Positions 17,927 through 26,555 of a stretch of 29,123 nucleotides of DNA are shown piece after piece (position 1 is the stretch's first letter; every line of letters begins with the position of its first letter). Position numbers and translations under genes: made by a program. The DNA is from Candidatus Micrarchaeaceae archaeon (GTDB lineage Archaea; Micrarchaeota; Micrarchaeia; Micrarchaeales; Micrarchaeaceae), in NCBI GenBank assembly GCA_050013715.1, contig JBEKES010000011.1, positions 1-29,123 of the forward strand, in the 5' to 3' direction. The notes beneath the pieces are model-generated. The model made no database searches, was not told the origin of the DNA, and was given only the letters and a program-made list of their open reading frames with translations.

Positions 17927-18298
17927 TTACTTTTTGACTTCAGCTTTTACCTTCACTTCAGGAGGATTCAACGATATTACGTACTTGGATATTACCTTTG
18001 ATGCAAATTCTAGAACTCTCTTTATGTTTGCTTCTGTGCTTGTTCCTGTGCATATCATCTTTCCATTCTTGAATAGTATTATAACTGCCTTTGGCTCTGC
18101 TATCCTGAATATGGCTCCTGGAAACTGCTCCGGCTCGTAGTCAACAGCTTTTACTTCCTTTGACAATGCATAAAGATCAATAGTCGCATGCAAATCTGCA
18201 CTTACGACTATGTTTTGTATCGCGATTTTTGGAGATTTAATTGGCCCTTGTATTTTCTTCGGTTCAGTTTTTGTACTTTTTGGATTTTTAGCTGACGT
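17927..18298 (-). CDS. Single-repeat TATA-box-binding protein-like protein (123 aa, probable ACG start)
   Basis: IAIQNIVVSADL...YEPEQFPGAIFRI.EPKAVIILFKNGKMICTG is one complete TBP repeat. The frame is open upstream of the tracked TTG, to an ACG 5 nt after GGTG. Confidence 0.85.
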   Translation of the reverse strand, partial: TSAKNPKSTKTEPKKIQGPIKSPKIAIQNIVVSADLHATIDLYALSKEVKAVDYEPEQFPGAIFRIAEPKAVIILFKNGKMICTGTSTEANIKRVLEFASKVISKYVISLNPPEVKVKAEVKK

Positions 18299-18366
18299 GA
18301 TATCACCACAATATATAATATTTATAGGGAAAGATATATATACTAATAAAGATTCTAGCGGTTATC
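18299..18366. promoter_or_regulatory. Compact divergent promoter region between the half-TBP and GGR genes
   Basis: AT-rich, with TATATATA (18335-18342) and TATTTATA (18319-18326) TATA-like boxes between divergent starts. Confidence 0.45.
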
Positions 18367-19479
18367 ATGAATAGAAAGGTTTTTGTAGTAGGCGCAGGTG
18401 TTGTAGGGCTCACTCTTGCAAAGGAGCTGGCAATGCATAATATCGATGTTGAAGTTTTTGACTCAAAAAAGGCAGTTTCTGATGGAGCTGCAAAGGCATC
18501 GGGCATATTCTCCACAACAGGATTGAGCAGAATAGGCATAAATTTCGACGAAGGAATTGTGAACACGCTGGATGGAGCTGTTCTTCATGCAGGAAAAGAA
18601 ACGCTTAACATAAAATCGAAGAAAACCATGGCCTACATAGTTGATAGGGGCATTCTTGCGGAAATATGCAAGAAAGAGGCAATAGGGGCAGGTGCAACTG
18701 TAACTCTAGGCAAAAAGCTCGGCAAGCAGGAGCTGCACGAGCTTGCTTCCAACAGGAATAACGTTGTTGTAGGAGCTGACGGCGCAGTTTCAACTGTCGC
18801 TTCAGCATTCTCATTTCCAGAGATAAAGGAATACATACTCACATACAAGGCAGAATATAGCAAGGCAGACATAGAAGACAAGAACGTTGTAGGTCTTTTC
18901 TTCTCAAACGAAATAGCCTACAGGTTCTTCGGCTGGAGCTGCCCTTATTCAAGGGACAAGATAGAGATTGGCATAGGAATAAGCGACAGGGCAAAAACAA
19001 ACAGCGTAGCTGCATTTAACAAATTCGTTCACAGCGGATGGCTTGGCGAAACATTGAAAACTGCGACCAAAATGAACGGCTATGCCAGTATTATTCCTTT
19101 GAGTAGCAGAAAGACAACGGTAAAAAACAATGTAATGCTTGTGGGAGATGCGGCAGGGCAGGTAAAGGCAACAACAGGAGGAGGCATCATATTCGGCTGC
19201 AGCTGCGCGAAGATACTTGCAAAAAACATAAAAAACAATTTTGAAAAAGAGACCCCATTGACAATTTACGAGAAAGAATGGCGTAAGAAATACAGCCTTG
19301 ACCTAAAAATGCACCATCTTCTGCATAATTACTACTCAAACCTTAGGGTCAATAATTTTGAAGTGTTCCTGAAAATATCAAAGGTGCTCGGCGCAGAGAA
19401 ATTCTTCAGCGAATACGGAGACATGGACCGTCCAAGCCTCATGCTCAAACGCTTCTTCCTTAGGGGTCTTGCAAAATAA
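18367..19479 (+). CDS. Geranylgeranyl reductase-family FAD-dependent oxidoreductase
   Basis: VVGAGVVG Rossmann motif, VDR, VGADG, FGWSCP (YxWxFP-like), LVGDAAGQVKATTGGGI. Confidence 0.85.
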   Translation: MNRKVFVVGAGVVGLTLAKELAMHNIDVEVFDSKKAVSDGAAKASGIFSTTGLSRIGINFDEGIVNTLDGAVLHAGKETLNIKSKKTMAYIVDRGILAEICKKEAIGAGATVTLGKKLGKQELHELASNRNNVVVGADGAVSTVASAFSFPEIKEYILTYKAEYSKADIEDKNVVGLFFSNEIAYRFFGWSCPYSRDKIEIGIGISDRAKTNSVAAFNKFVHSGWLGETLKTATKMNGYASIIPLSSRKTTVKNNVMLVGDAAGQVKATTGGGIIFGCSCAKILAKNIKNNFEKETPLTIYEKEWRKKYSLDLKMHHLLHNYYSNLRVNNFEVFLKISKVLGAEKFFSEYGDMDRPSLMLKRFFLRGLAK

Positions 19480-19480
19480 T

Positions 19481-20878
19481 TCATATCCCGAGTATTGACT
19501 TGCTTGCGATTGATGCAACATTTATCAACGGCTGCGGGTATATACCGAAAATTATTATTACTGCAAGCACTATCACTACAACAGCCGCAATGTAAGGATC
19601 AATCCTCAGTTTCTTCTGCTCCTTGCTGAGATACATCACATTTATCACTCTTCCGTAATAGTAGATGGAAATGAAGCTGTTTATTATTGCAAGAATAGCA
19701 AGCAGAAGCATATTAGCGCTCAGTGCGCTTGAAAAGAGCAGGAACTTGCCTGCGAATCCTATCAATGGAGGTATTCCCGCCATTGAAAGCATAATCAACG
19801 TAAGAGAAATTGCAGCGAACGAATTTCTTGAGTTCAATGCGGCGTAGTCATCAACTGTCCTTATGTTCTTTGATTCCAGCCATAGTACAATTGCGAATGC
19901 GCCGATTATCATGAACGAATGCGCTATTATGTAGAATATGCTTGCTTCTATTCCGTATTGGGTTGTTACTGCAATCCCGATAAGTATGTATCCCGCCTGT
20001 GCAATTGACGAGTAGGCGAACATTCTTTTTATGTTTTTCTGGACAAGCGCAAGAAGATTCCCGAAGAACATTGTCAGAATCGCAAGCACTACAAATATCA
20101 TTGAAAATGTTGATTGGTATGCGATGAACACGAAAAGGAAAACTTCCATAAGCGCGACAAATGCTATTTTTTTGTTTATTCCAGCTAGCATTGAAGTAAC
20201 GTAGGTTGGCGCCCCCTGATAGACGTCAGGTATCCACAGGTTAAATGGAAACAGCGCTGCATCAAATCCGAACGCAGCGGCAAATAATGCCATTGAGAAT
20301 ATTATCAAATAAATTCCGCTTATGTTCGGGTTTTGCGCAATCGGTGTAAGTGTTAGCTGTGCATTGAACGGGAATATCAGCACAAGCGCAAAGGAGAACA
20401 CTGCAATTGACAGAGAACTAAGTATGAAGAATTTGATTGCCGCTTCTGTCCTGTGCTTGCCCTCGAATAGTATCATGAAAGATGTTGCTATTGCCATGAG
20501 CTCTAGTCCTATAAAAATTTCGATTATTGAAGTTGCAGACGCGACAATTATTGTGCCCATGAAGGTAAATGCAAGCAGCAATGAAAGATTAGAATAGTCG
20601 CTGGAATAGGCATAGGATAATGTATTCACAAGAATCAGTGCAACTGAGAACAGCATTATGAAGAGAGATGAGAAAGGATATATGTGAAATACTCCAAGTA
20701 TTGTTATGTTGTAATTGGTTGCCAAAAGATATGTCGACGATATTAAGGTAATCAGAAGGAACATCAGGCTTGTTACAAACTGGCCTCTGTTCTTCCTTGT
20801 GAATGTTGCAACAATACTGCTTAGCACTAACCCTGCAGCAGATAGCAGTATTAAATACGTAAATATTATCTCAAACAT
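19481..20878 (-). CDS. nuoN: NADH-quinone oxidoreductase subunit N
   Basis: FIGLEL, EAAIKFF, PFNLWIPDVYQGAP, KRMFAYSSI, SMAGIPPL.GF.GK. Last gene of the nuo run. Confidence 0.9.
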   Translation of the reverse strand: MFEIIFTYLILLSAAGLVLSSIVATFTRKNRGQFVTSLMFLLITLISSTYLLATNYNITILGVFHIYPFSSLFIMLFSVALILVNTLSYAYSSDYSNLSLLLAFTFMGTIIVASATSIIEIFIGLELMAIATSFMILFEGKHRTEAAIKFFILSSLSIAVFSFALVLIFPFNAQLTLTPIAQNPNISGIYLIIFSMALFAAAFGFDAALFPFNLWIPDVYQGAPTYVTSMLAGINKKIAFVALMEVFLFVFIAYQSTFSMIFVVLAILTMFFGNLLALVQKNIKRMFAYSSIAQAGYILIGIAVTTQYGIEASIFYIIAHSFMIIGAFAIVLWLESKNIRTVDDYAALNSRNSFAAISLTLIMLSMAGIPPLIGFAGKFLLFSSALSANMLLLAILAIINSFISIYYYGRVINVMYLSKEQKKLRIDPYIAAVVVIVLAVIIIFGIYPQPLINVASIASKSILGI

Positions 20879-20887
20879 TTGCAACCA

Positions 20888-22300
20888 CTACAATTTCACC
20901 AGATTTAATAGAGTAAACGGAAGGAATCCGAATAAGAATATGAAAAATACCAATACTGCATATCCTAGTTTCTGCTCCATGGCTATAAAGTCAACAGTTT
21001 CTGAATGCTCTTTGGCGGAAAGCATGCACTTGTTTATCACATAGTAAAGATACGCGCCCATTATTATCAATGCTATAAGAGGTATCATGCCATATATGCC
21101 AAAGGCCTGGAATGCGCCTATGAAAAGCAGAACATCAGCTATGAATCCGGCAGTAAGCGGAAATCCTATCATTGCAAGCGTTCCAATGATGAATGTGTAA
21201 GTAGTTGTTGATGCATTTACAACAATTCCCTTAAGCGCGTTTATGTTCCTCTCTCCGAATAGGTGCTTTATTACGCCTATCAAAAGGAACATCAAGGCTA
21301 TTGCCAACCCGTGCGAAAGCATAGCATATGCAGCACCGTAGGTCCCGAAACCATTGAGCGTTGATATGCCCAGAAGTATTATGCTCATCTCAACTATTGT
21401 GGAATAGGCAATTATGCGTTTGATGTCAGTTTGGCGTATCAGCAAAAAGACTGAATAGAAAACGGAGATCATTGCAAATGCTGCTATATACAAGGAGTAT
21501 TGGTAGGCTATGGGCATCATCGAGAACAGCATAAGCATTCCGAATCCTCCAAATTTTGTAAGTACTCCAGAAAGTATCATTGATCCCTGGGTTGATGCTT
21601 CAGTGTGCGCATCGGGCAGCCAGGAATGCATTGGGAATATCGGCATATTTATCATAAATGCAATGAATATGAGGAAGAATACCAGCGACTGCGTTGCAAC
21701 TGGTATTGAAGATGCGCTTGATATTATGGTTTGTATGTCGAAGGAATGCACAGGAGTGTAGAAATATATTATAAGAATTCCGAGCAAAAGCAATGAGCTT
21801 GCAAATATTTCATATATAAGGAAATTCATTGATGCCGTTTTCGCGTTTGCCGAGCCCAATGCGTTTATCATGAAGAACATGGCGATTACACCTATGTCCC
21901 AGAATATGAAGAATACAATCAAGTTAGAGGAGCTGAAAAGGCCCATCGCAGCTACCTGGAAAATCAATATCAATGCGCTGGAAAGTTTTGTGTGTTCTTT
22001 TTCAGGATTGCCCGAAAGCGCAGCTGCGAAAAGTACAACTGAAGACATTATCAATAGCATCAGAGATATTATATTTACCCTGAATCCCAGGCTTATCCCA
22101 AGTGAAGGTATATACATGTAATTTTCAGAAAGATTAACGCTTCCTGCAGAAATCGATGACATGAATATTAAAAGCGTAAGAACCATGTTTATGAAAGTAG
22201 AAATTATTGCGATCTTCCTGCTGTGCTTGCTTTTTAGAATTGCTATAAAAAATAATGATATAAGCGAAATTGCTATCATTGGAAGTATCACTAGTGTCAT
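20888..22300 (-). CDS. nuoM: NADH-quinone oxidoreductase subunit M
   Basis: FFIFWD, PMHSWLPDAHTEA, LTKFG, DIKRIIAYS, SHGL, GFP.TAGF. Confidence 0.9.
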   Translation of the reverse strand: MTLVILPMIAISLISLFFIAILKSKHSRKIAIISTFINMVLTLLIFMSSISAGSVNLSENYMYIPSLGISLGFRVNIISLMLLIMSSVVLFAAALSGNPEKEHTKLSSALILIFQVAAMGLFSSSNLIVFFIFWDIGVIAMFFMINALGSANAKTASMNFLIYEIFASSLLLLGILIIYFYTPVHSFDIQTIISSASSIPVATQSLVFFLIFIAFMINMPIFPMHSWLPDAHTEASTQGSMILSGVLTKFGGFGMLMLFSMMPIAYQYSLYIAAFAMISVFYSVFLLIRQTDIKRIIAYSTIVEMSIILLGISTLNGFGTYGAAYAMLSHGLAIALMFLLIGVIKHLFGERNINALKGIVVNASTTTYTFIIGTLAMIGFPLTAGFIADVLLFIGAFQAFGIYGMIPLIALIIMGAYLYYVINKCMLSAKEHSETVDFIAMEQKLGYAVLVFFIFLFGFLPFTLLNLVKL

Positions 22301-22306
22301 TCGATA

Positions 22307-24085
22307 TCACAACATCAAGAATAAAATTATTATTACGAAGCCTATGACAAACGCTGCTAGGTATGTGCTTGTTTCCCCGTCATCCAGCTTTTTCAGAATA
22401 TTTCCCAGTGCGACAACGCTGTGAGCAGCTTGCTTTATCAATTCATAGACAGTATAATCGTATTCGTCTATTCCCTTTGAAATCAAGTCAAACACATGCG
22501 CAAATGATGAATATGCCCTGTTGGTTAGAACATTATTGTAGATTATGTTGTGCACAGGATTCCTCGAATCAATGGAAACGTATTTTTTCCTGTAGAATAG
22601 CACATAGGATATGATAAGCGCAATGGCAACTATTGCGGTTGAGATTATTATTTGCAATTCTGTTATTGCAAAAACTGTGCTCTTGCCTAGCAGATAGCTG
22701 GGCAGATAGAAATATATTATTGAAGCTGCGCAGACCAAAACCGCCAGCGCATATATGGATATCTGCATAGATCTCGGTATTAATTTATAGCCTGTCTTCG
22801 CCGTTTCTGCCCTTTTCTCGTTTTTCTTTTTCATTGGAACAAATAACCATCTGAATATGTACAAGCTACTCAAAAACGAAAACGCTATAAGTATATAATA
22901 TATCAGAAAACTGTTCGCTGATGCGACTATGGCAGTTTTACCGAAAAACCCGCTCAATGGGAACAATCCGGCAAGGGACAATACGCCCATAACTGTAGGT
23001 ATGGATAATTTGAGATTTGATGCATTGTTGTACATTTTTGTTATGTCTTCTTCGTTGTTGTTTGCCTTGATCATTGCTCCAGAATTCATGAACAGAAGCG
23101 CCTTGTAGAATGTTTGCACTACGAACAATATCATTGCTGCAACAAGCGACCCTGTGCCAAGTGCAATAAGCATTAGCCCGAGATCCTCCATTGTAGAATA
23201 GGCGAGAATTCTCTTTATGTTGTTCTCCGAGAGTGCATTAGTTATGCCTATTATGGTCGTTATGATTCCAAATGCAAGAAGCAGATAAAGCAGATTGTAC
23301 TGTATGAAAAGAGGAAGCAGAACGGCAATCAGGAAAACACCAGCTTTTACCATTGTAGAAGAATGGAGAAACGCAGATACTGGCGTTGGTCCTTTCATCG
23401 CATCGGCAAGCCATTCGTTGAACGGGAACTGCGCTGATTTGGTAAATGCGGCAAGCATTATCAGCACAAGCGCTATTTCCATTGCACCTGAATTACCTGC
23501 AGATTTTAGCAGTATTGCCTGGAAGCTGAATGTGCCGAATGTGCTCCATACTATGATTATCGCAATGAGCATCAGTATGTCCCCTATCAGTATTGTCGTT
23601 ATTGCCTTTCTTGCCGCATCGGCAGCACCTTCCTTGTAGTACCAGAATCCTATGAGAAGATAGCTTGTAATACCCAGTATTTCCCAGCCTATGAACAGGG
23701 TCAGGAAATCTCCGGCCATTGCGAATATGAGCATTGCCGAAGCAAAAAGGCAGAGCTCAAAATAGAATCTCGATTGCTCGCTTGGAACGTCCATGTATCC
23801 AATGGAGTATATTATTATCAAAGGTGTCATTATCCCTACTAGGTATAGTAGAATCATGTTCAACGGAAGAGTGGATGTGCTTAGCGCGAATTGGAAATTA
23901 GAGAAGCTGAACCATGTTATTGATTGTAGGGCACTTGAATTGAAGCTTGAGAGTAGTATCAATGCAAGAGTGACTATGCTTGCCGCAAGCGCTATGTATT
24001 TTGCAGTGTTCTTTGCAGAGCCCCTTAGTGCAAGCATTGCAAAAGCGGCAAGCGCAAGCGGCAGTGCGATAAGTATAGCTAGCAT
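22307..24085 (-). CDS. nuoL: NADH-quinone oxidoreductase subunit L
   Basis: YSIGYM, GWEILGITSYLLIGFW, KSAQFPF..WLADAM.GPTPVSAFLHSSTMVKAG, KALLF, C-terminal lateral helix. Confidence 0.93.
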   Translation of the reverse strand: MLAILIALPLALAAFAMLALRGSAKNTAKYIALAASIVTLALILLSSFNSSALQSITWFSFSNFQFALSTSTLPLNMILLYLVGIMTPLIIIYSIGYMDVPSEQSRFYFELCLFASAMLIFAMAGDFLTLFIGWEILGITSYLLIGFWYYKEGAADAARKAITTILIGDILMLIAIIIVWSTFGTFSFQAILLKSAGNSGAMEIALVLIMLAAFTKSAQFPFNEWLADAMKGPTPVSAFLHSSTMVKAGVFLIAVLLPLFIQYNLLYLLLAFGIITTIIGITNALSENNIKRILAYSTMEDLGLMLIALGTGSLVAAMILFVVQTFYKALLFMNSGAMIKANNNEEDITKMYNNASNLKLSIPTVMGVLSLAGLFPLSGFFGKTAIVASANSFLIYYILIAFSFLSSLYIFRWLFVPMKKKNEKRAETAKTGYKLIPRSMQISIYALAVLVCAASIIYFYLPSYLLGKSTVFAITELQIIISTAIVAIALIISYVLFYRKKYVSIDSRNPVHNIIYNNVLTNRAYSSFAHVFDLISKGIDEYDYTVYELIKQAAHSVVALGNILKKLDDGETSTYLAAFVIGFVIIILFLML

Positions 24086-24089
24086 GGCA

Positions 24090-24389
24090 TCAATTCTTAA
24101 GCTTTGAAAGTTTTGTTATGTCAAGGCTCATCTCTCCCTTGACCATGTACCTGTAGAATGTCACAATGGCAATTATTTCAACGGCGGCAACAGACCATAG
24201 CACAAGTAAAAGCGATATTATGTTACCGTTTTCCACATAGTAGAAGAATGTCACTGCAAGTAGCGCGCTTGCCGCAAACATGACCTCAATGGATAGCATC
24301 ATTACCAGAAAATGCCTGCTTGCGATTACTCCGCTTATTCCGATTCCGAAAAGCGCCATTGCAAGCAAAACAAAATATATGAATATCAT
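24090..24389 (-). CDS. nuoK: NADH-quinone oxidoreductase subunit K
   Basis: 99 aa, 3 TM, MLSIEVM and VAAVE conserved glutamates. Confidence 0.88.
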   Translation of the reverse strand: MIFIYFVLLAMALFGIGISGVIASRHFLVMMLSIEVMFAASALLAVTFFYYVENGNIISLLLVLWSVAAVEIIAIVTFYRYMVKGEMSLDITKLSKLKN

Positions 24390-24862
24390 TTCCTACCACT
24401 TATTTTTCTCATCAGCACTATGGAGCTGATTCCTATGCCGAACATCATCAATGCAATCAAATAAAACAATCCTATGTTAGACATTATAGACTGTGCTATG
24501 AATGAATTAGATATCACATTCTGCTCAGATACAGCAATGCTTGTCTGCAGCGCGCCATAGGCAAGCATCGCAAATATTACAATATAGGCAGATGCAAGAA
24601 CATAGTAGTTCGTGTGCTTGAACTTCGAATAGCTTGCGGATCCAGATCCTACTATCATGTAAGTTGAAACTCCCCCCACCATTATGAACAACTGCAGCAC
24701 AGCAAAAAGCGGCTCCTGGAGAATGAAGAACAGTATTGAATTGAACAGGAAGAGCGATGCTAATGCAATTACCACATGCAAAATATCCTTGAATACGAAG
24801 ATCAGCGCAGCTGACAAAAGCTCGAGTAATGCTACTATTATGAAAAGCGCTAAATAATCCAT
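24386..24862 (-). CDS. nuoJ: NADH-quinone oxidoreductase subunit J
   Basis: About 5 TM, FAVLQLFIMVGGV motif, positioned between nuoI and nuoK. Confidence 0.82.
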   Translation of the reverse strand: MDYLALFIIVALLELLSAALIFVFKDILHVVIALASLFLFNSILFFILQEPLFAVLQLFIMVGGVSTYMIVGSGSASYSKFKHTNYYVLASAYIVIFAMLAYGALQTSIAVSEQNVISNSFIAQSIMSNIGLFYLIALMMFGIGISSIVLMRKISGRK

Positions 24863-24869
24863 AATTTCA

Positions 24870-25232
24870 CTATTCCAGCTCTTCTGGCCTTTTTATAAAA
24901 TCCCTTCTGTCAAATTTCTCCAAATCCGTGTCTTTGCCAAGCACCAGGCATTTGGGAGGGCAAACTTCTTCGCACAGCGCACAGAAAAGGCATCGCTCCA
25001 GGTTTATTTCAGGCATTAGCTTTGTTCCTTTATCCGTTTCAGTGTCAACCATCACTATAGTCTGGTTAGGGCATATCCTTGCGCAGGCGGAGCAGCTTAT
25101 GCATGTTTTCATGTCAAGCTTGTGGATGCCTCTATAATTATCGGTCTCTAATTCCTTCTGCTCCGGAAACTCAAGAGTGGATGGTTTCTCCAGTATCTGC
25201 TTGCCTACCCTACCAATAGGATTTCCCACCAT
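24870..25232 (-). CDS. nuoI: NADH-quinone oxidoreductase subunit I (2x[4Fe-4S])
   Basis: TLEFP, YRG.H, CISCSACARICP and CLFCALCEEVCP. Confidence 0.92.
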   Translation of the reverse strand: MVGNPIGRVGKQILEKPSTLEFPEQKELETDNYRGIHKLDMKTCISCSACARICPNQTIVMVDTETDKGTKLMPEINLERCLFCALCEEVCPPKCLVLGKDTDLEKFDRRDFIKRPEELE

Positions 25233-25248
25233 GATTCACCAATTTAAT

Positions 25249-26292
25249 TTATCTCACAAAGATTATAAATGTGATTAGAAGATTGAGCATTGCCAATGGA
25301 ACCAGATATTCCCATCCAAGCCTCAATACTCTGTCTATCCTCATACGCACCATTGCCACTCTTATGATTATTATGAATATTGCAATTATTGCAACTTTGA
25401 TCATTAACCATACAAATGCGGGTATTATCGCCGGGCCGAGCCATCCCCCGAAGAAGAGCAACACAATCAGCAAAGAGCCCACAAACATGCGCACGTAGTC
25501 AAGGAACAATGCCAATGCATAGTAGGGCGCGCTCGCATCGGTTAGCCAGCCGGCTATGAGCTCGCTGTCAGCTTCGCGCAAATCGAATGGAGGGCGCTCC
25601 AATTCCGCAAGCATGACAACAAAGAACACAACAAGCCCTATGGGCATCAGCAACGCATACCAATATGGGTTCTGCGCATTGACTATTGAAATGAAATTCA
25701 AGCTATTGGACAGCATTGCAACAGCAGCAATGACAAGGAACAGAGGTATTTCATAGCTTATCAGTATTATAACTGACCTTTGGGCGCTTATGGATCCGAA
25801 CTTGTTTCCACTTGTCCAGCCAGCAAGGAACATGAGCAAGGGCGAGAATGAAAGAAGCACAAATACAGCAAGCAAGCCTATGCTTGCGTCTATTCCAACA
25901 AATGCATTGGTAAACGGAATGAATACGAGAATCAGTACAAATAGCGCAACAACAGAGGGAAGTATCATCTGGAATAATGGCTTGTCTGCCTTGTCGGGCA
26001 TTATCGCCTCCTTTGACATGAGCTTTATCAAATCAGCAAGGTTCTGCAAAAATCCAAATGGGCCAACATAGGTAGGACCGTGCCTCGATTGAGCACGGCC
26101 TATTATTTTTCTTTCAAGCCAGCCGAATATATATGAGAATATGCTGAACAGTATTGCAAGTATAATTGCAAATACAATGAGCGAAAGAATAAATGCAAGC
26201 GGCCAGAGAAGTGGAGGATTCACAGATGCGGCTAACTTTGAATATATGAACGAAAAATATGAAGCAATTGCAGGAGAGCTTATCTGGAACAT
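25249..26292 (-). CDS. nuoH: NADH-quinone oxidoreductase subunit H
   Basis: ERK...Q.R.GP..VGPFG.LQ..AD.IKL..KE, ISYEIP, RPPFDL.EA.SEL, R.RID. Confidence 0.95.
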   Translation of the reverse strand: MFQISSPAIASYFSFIYSKLAASVNPPLLWPLAFILSLIVFAIILAILFSIFSYIFGWLERKIIGRAQSRHGPTYVGPFGFLQNLADLIKLMSKEAIMPDKADKPLFQMILPSVVALFVLILVFIPFTNAFVGIDASIGLLAVFVLLSFSPLLMFLAGWTSGNKFGSISAQRSVIILISYEIPLFLVIAAVAMLSNSLNFISIVNAQNPYWYALLMPIGLVVFFVVMLAELERPPFDLREADSELIAGWLTDASAPYYALALFLDYVRMFVGSLLIVLLFFGGWLGPAIIPAFVWLMIKVAIIAIFIIIIRVAMVRMRIDRVLRLGWEYLVPLAMLNLLITFIIFVR

Positions 26293-26306
26293 TCAATCTA
26301 ATTATA

Positions 26307-26330
26307 AGCAATCTCTACTTTTATAAGCCT
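26307..26330 (-). promoter_or_regulatory. Putative TATA box (CTTATAAAA) for nuoH
   Basis: TTATAAAA on the minus strand ends about 27 nt upstream of the nuoH ATG. No GGTG SD, consistent with a short or leaderless transcript. Confidence 0.4.
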
Positions 26331-26533
26331 TATTGGTTCCAAATCTAGCTCATCTGAAACACATATTTGAAAAAGTTAATAATAAGCATTATGTTGTTTT
26401 GATGATAGTAGTCGTAGATGTAGTTGTGTATTTAGTCTTTTTGCCGAAGATCTTCCTAAGTATATTGCTGGATAATGTTGTTGTGTTTGTTCCCTTGCCC
26501 AATCCGTTGTTTGAAATTATAATATTAGCGTTT

Positions 26534-26555
26534 GTTAAATTCCCGTTAAATTCCC
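26534..26555. repeat. 11-bp perfect tandem duplication (GTTAAATTCCC x2)
   Basis: 26534-26544 is identical to 26545-26555. The repeat contains the stop codon of the 634-aa ORF. Confidence 0.9.
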
